42,586 nt of DNA from an uncultured Gammaproteobacteria bacterium. Its GTDB lineage: Bacteria; Patescibacteriota; Microgenomatia; UBA12405; JAHJSD01. Below, in pieces: positions 39,544-42,586 of the stretch. The position numbers were made by a program, and so were the translations under genes. Under the pieces are notes generated by a model. The model did no database searches and was not told the origin of the DNA. It was given only the letters and a program-made list of their open reading frames with translations. The DNA lies in the NCBI GenBank assembly GCA_964432015.1, contig CAYSLZ010000002.1, forward strand, positions 1 through 42,586, given 5' to 3'. Position 1 is the stretch's first letter, and the number at the start of each line of letters is the position of its first letter.

Positions 39544-40837
39544 AGAATAGGGATTTTTGTTGTTGGCCACCTTTACTCTTTTGATTATCATCCCATATTT
39601 TAACTTTGCCGTAAAGCCCGTCATACCCCGGCTGGACAGAAATTTTACCTAATCTATTTTTCTTAATCCCCCGGCTGATTTTTTTGCCTAATACCGGTTG
39701 TAATTTTTTTATCGGGGCATTAATTAAAAGATTTATTTCGTTTTTAAAATGGTTTACGGCCAATTGGTATTTTTTTTTGACTGTTTTGGTTTTTACACCG
39801 ACATTTTCTGCTTCAGCAATGATTTCTTGAAGAGGAATCAAGCGGATAAAAGGTGGATGGGTATTCTGGGGGTGAGAAATTAGTTTAAGACCCTTTTTTA
39901 ATTTTGTTTCAGGTTTAATTTTCTGTTGTCTGGAAAGTTCGGATACTCGATGCATTACGCCGACAGTCAGCGGTTTACCACAGACCGGACAGCTGCTTCC
40001 GAGTTTTTTTGTCTTTTCAGGTGACTGGCAAACTTTACATTTTCGGTGGCCGGTATAGTGATATTTGCCCTCTTCCGGGTAAAATTCCAGAGTCATTACA
40101 ACTTTTGCTTTGGGGTTTGTTTTTGTTTTTAAAGCAGTGAGTATATCTTGGTAATTAAATTTTTCTGGCAGTTTGAAAATAGTAACTTCCCGGCCTAAAT
40201 TAGGTAGACTGTGGGCATCAGAAAAACTGACAATCACTTTATTATCTAATTGTTTAATCTGCCAGTTCATTAATGGGTCGGAGGAAAGACCGGTTTCAAC
40301 GGCGGTAATTTGGTTGGCGTATTTGCCAAAACAGGCTTCAATTGAATCATAACCGGATTTTGATCCAAATAAAGAAAACCAAGGTGTCCAGATGTGGGCT
40401 GGTAGATAAAGAATATTCGGATTTATTTTTTGACTCATTTTGATAAATTGTTTTGGCGGGATGCCTAAAATAGGCCGGCCGTCTGAGAGAAGATTAAACT
40501 CTTTGGTTGTTAACAATTGGTTGATTTCTTCAGCGGTTTTGATATTGGGAGCAAAGACTAACATGTGGATTCGGTGTTGGTTGTAAATAAATGAAAGTTC
40601 AGTGTTGATTATAAATTTAGGTGATTGACAATTATTTTTAAGTTGATAAATACCGCTTCTGATTTCATCTAATTTATTTTTAATATTTCTAATCCATAAG
40701 GGATGAGTAAAATCAGTAACAGTAACTAAATCCAAGCCTTTTTTGTTTGCCCATTGACCAATATTTTCTAATTGCATTTTAGGGCTGACCGCCCGGGAGT
40801 ATTTGGAGTGGAAATGTAAATCAGCGTATATTTTCAT
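39542..40837 (-). CDS. PHP-domain endonuclease Q-like protein
   Basis: N-terminal ADLHFHSKYSRAVS PHP motif, later HIWTPW, SDAHS, and zinc ribbon CKVC...CPVCG as in EndoQ. Confidence 0.7.
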   Translation of the reverse strand: MKIYADLHFHSKYSRAVSPKMQLENIGQWANKKGLDLVTVTDFTHPLWIRNIKNKLDEIRSGIYQLKNNCQSPKFIINTELSFIYNQHRIHMLVFAPNIKTAEEINQLLTTKEFNLLSDGRPILGIPPKQFIKMSQKINPNILYLPAHIWTPWFSLFGSKSGYDSIEACFGKYANQITAVETGLSSDPLMNWQIKQLDNKVIVSFSDAHSLPNLGREVTIFKLPEKFNYQDILTALKTKTNPKAKVVMTLEFYPEEGKYHYTGHRKCKVCQSPEKTKKLGSSCPVCGKPLTVGVMHRVSELSRQQKIKPETKLKKGLKLISHPQNTHPPFIRLIPLQEIIAEAENVGVKTKTVKKKYQLAVNHFKNEINLLINAPIKKLQPVLGKKISRGIKKNRLGKISVQPGYDGLYGKVKIWDDNQKSKGGQQQKSLF

Positions 40838-40839
40838 TT

Positions 40840-41916
40840 TTAAGAAACTAAACGGTAGTAAGCTCCTTTTGTGCTTCCTTTTTTTTCAACAATGCCGGCA
40901 TCAATAAGTTTTCTTAAATCGCGCCAAATAGTGTCATCAGAGACCATGGGAATTATTTCACGGGCATCAGCCATTCTTAGGGCATTATATTCACGCATAT
41001 ATCCAACTAGTTTTATCTGTCTTTTATTAAGGGGAATTTGTTTATTACCTAATTTTTTCTTTAAAGTAATGTCTGAGGAAATTTGGCGGACTTTTTCCTC
41101 CACTTTTTTCAATTCTGTTGACAGGGCGGTTGTAAAAAATTCCAACCAGGGTGTTTGGTCGCGGTCGCCAACTTCGCCTTTTTGCAAAGAAACTGCTTGT
41201 AAAGAGTTATAATATTTTTCAGCATGACGGTCAAAATATTCTTCTAAGGCAAATAATCTTCGGATATTGTATCCTTCCTGCATTAATACTAAAGTTGTCA
41301 TTGCTCTAGCTGTGCGTCCGTTTCCTTCTGTAAAAGGATGAATAGCAACAAGAGTATAGTGAGTGATTCCGGCTTTTAAAACCGGATGAGTTTGTTTAGC
41401 AGAGCTGCTGTTTAACCATGAAAAAAAGTCTTTGATTAAATAGTCTACCTCGGCCGGCGGTGGTGGTCTGAAAAAAACTTCATCAGTAACACTATTGCGG
41501 ACAGTTACTTGTAAGTCACGAAGTTGACCAGTCTGTTCTTCAGGAACAATGTCTCCAACGGTTTTTTGATGGATGTCCAGAAGTGTTTGTTTACTGTATA
41601 GATTATCGGTTGTTTCTTTTTGTTGACTAATTTCTTCAAGAAAGCTCATTACTTCGCGATAGTTGATTACTTCCTGGATATCCCGTTTAGCGGCATATAC
41701 CTGTTTTCCTTCAATTACTTTTGCTACTTGATTAAAACTAAGATCGTTTCCCTCTAGTTTTGTACCATAATGAACCGCATTAACAATTGCTTCTTCTTGA
41801 AACTGCTTTTCATAAGCGGGAATAATCGGAGAAGCATCAATTATTGCTTTTGAGCTTTCGATTTGTGAAATGTTGTTTAATATCTGGCCGTTTATCGAGA
41901 ATTTAGGGTTGAACAT
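40840..41916 (-). CDS. Fic-family protein with a C-terminal winged-helix domain
   Basis: Core motif HPFTEGNGRTARAM. Fic_N-like HYGTKLEGNDLSF. The C-terminal end resembles a wHTH. Confidence 0.9.
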   Translation of the reverse strand: MFNPKFSINGQILNNISQIESSKAIIDASPIIPAYEKQFQEEAIVNAVHYGTKLEGNDLSFNQVAKVIEGKQVYAAKRDIQEVINYREVMSFLEEISQQKETTDNLYSKQTLLDIHQKTVGDIVPEEQTGQLRDLQVTVRNSVTDEVFFRPPPPAEVDYLIKDFFSWLNSSSAKQTHPVLKAGITHYTLVAIHPFTEGNGRTARAMTTLVLMQEGYNIRRLFALEEYFDRHAEKYYNSLQAVSLQKGEVGDRDQTPWLEFFTTALSTELKKVEEKVRQISSDITLKKKLGNKQIPLNKRQIKLVGYMREYNALRMADAREIIPMVSDDTIWRDLRKLIDAGIVEKKGSTKGAYYRLVS

Positions 41917-41926
41917 TAGTTTAATT

Positions 41927-42586
41927 TTATAATTTTAAAACCAACCAATCAACAGCGTGTTTTTGGTTAACATTATTGTTAATCATTTGTCGGCAGGTTA
42001 TTAAATTTTCCAACCACTCCCCTATTTGGTTTTTGGTTGTTTGGTTTTCCACCATTTTGTGATGTAAGACCTGAATATATTTTTCGAGTTCTGCTGAATT
42101 AATTTTTGCTGATCGATTTAATTTTTCGTCAATGTTTACTTCTACTAATTTTTGCCATTTTGACCAATATTTTTTTATTTCTTTTTTCTTAATCCTTTTT
42201 GCATGGCGGAGTTGAATTATTTGACATCTGGAAATAATTGTCGGTAAAAGAGCGTTTTTTGTAGAACTGGTAACAATGATTATTGAGTTAGGTGGCGGTT
42301 CTTCCAAAGTTTTTAGAAAAGCATTTTGTGCCGGAGGTGTCATTGTTTCACCCTGGTAAACAATGACAATTTTTTTATTGGTGCTTTGCCAGCTTTTTTT
42401 ACTTAAAAAGGATTTAATTTTTCTGATTTGGTCAATACCAATAGATTTATCCGGTTGGATTTTAAGGAGGTCAGGGTTATTAAGATTAAAGTCGATATTT
42501 TCACTTTTTACTATTTGTTTAATTTTTTTTTGTTGTCGGCTTTTTGTTCCCCCGATTATTAAAAAACTCATATTTAATTTTAACAT
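41927..42586 (-). CDS. holB: DNA polymerase III delta' subunit
   Basis: NAFLKTLEEPPPNSIIIVTS and LPTIISRCQII. The start is at 42586 (window edge) or ATG 42571 (MSFLIIGG). Confidence 0.75.
   Translation of the reverse strand: MLKLNMSFLIIGGTKSRQQKKIKQIVKSENIDFNLNNPDLLKIQPDKSIGIDQIRKIKSFLSKKSWQSTNKKIVIVYQGETMTPPAQNAFLKTLEEPPPNSIIIVTSSTKNALLPTIISRCQIIQLRHAKRIKKKEIKKYWSKWQKLVEVNIDEKLNRSAKINSAELEKYIQVLHHKMVENQTTKNQIGEWLENLITCRQMINNNVNQKHAVDWLVLKL

Noticed and set aside
1-42586. CRISPR array or cas genes
   Set aside because: No regularly spaced 24-40-nt repeats were found. The 24-nt and 32-nt repeats are solitary copies at gene ends. The only Cas2-like signal is the central domain of a PaaX-type regulator.
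1-42586. Alternative genetic code (UGA as sense), as in some CPR lineages
   Set aside because: TGA terminates well-delimited conserved genes, for example CDS 1450-2031 and gyrB at 28744-46. Conserved proteins are full length under the standard code.

Overview
This is a low-GC, tightly packed, mostly housekeeping window. The gene content and short, insertion-rich proteins look like a reduced CPR/Patescibacteria-type genome, which is an inference. Genes run on the + strand up to about 25.5 kb, except a three-gene hisS block, and on the - strand from 25.6 kb onward, so the two blocks converge at about 25.55 kb. Recognisable core genes are rpsU, dnaX, ybaB, cysS, rpsF-ssb-rpsR, ctpA, htrA, rpmE, a short prfA, hisS, dnaB, yebC, gyrB-ppa-gyrA, an archaeal-type tyrS, holB and three tRNAs (Leu-CAA, Tyr-GTA, Ala-CGC). 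Accessory content: (1) a five-gene cohesin/dockerin surface-protein cluster, one member with an LPETG sortase signal (1-3420). (2) VapBC. (3) A 990-bp ORF-free, repeat- and hairpin-rich gap followed by a Xer-like tyrosine recombinase and a frameshifted PaaX/Cas2-fold gene bracketed by a perfect 32-nt repeat (22.8-25.6 kb). (4) Three tandem GH130 genes behind tRNA-Tyr. (5) A GNAT / SagB-like / small-ORF / tRNA-Ala / PRTase-like string. (6) EndoQ-like and Fic genes. The strongest second-look items are the cohesin/dockerin kit and the recombinase-adjacent noncoding region with its repeat-bracketed cassette. Next are an archaeal-type TyrRS paired with a tRNA-Tyr carrying C1-G72, a covarying 24-nt post-stop hairpin family, and heptamer tandem arrays that place stops in all three frames. 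No CRISPR array, rRNA or clear transposase was seen. All calls come from reading the sequence and translations, and no searches were run.
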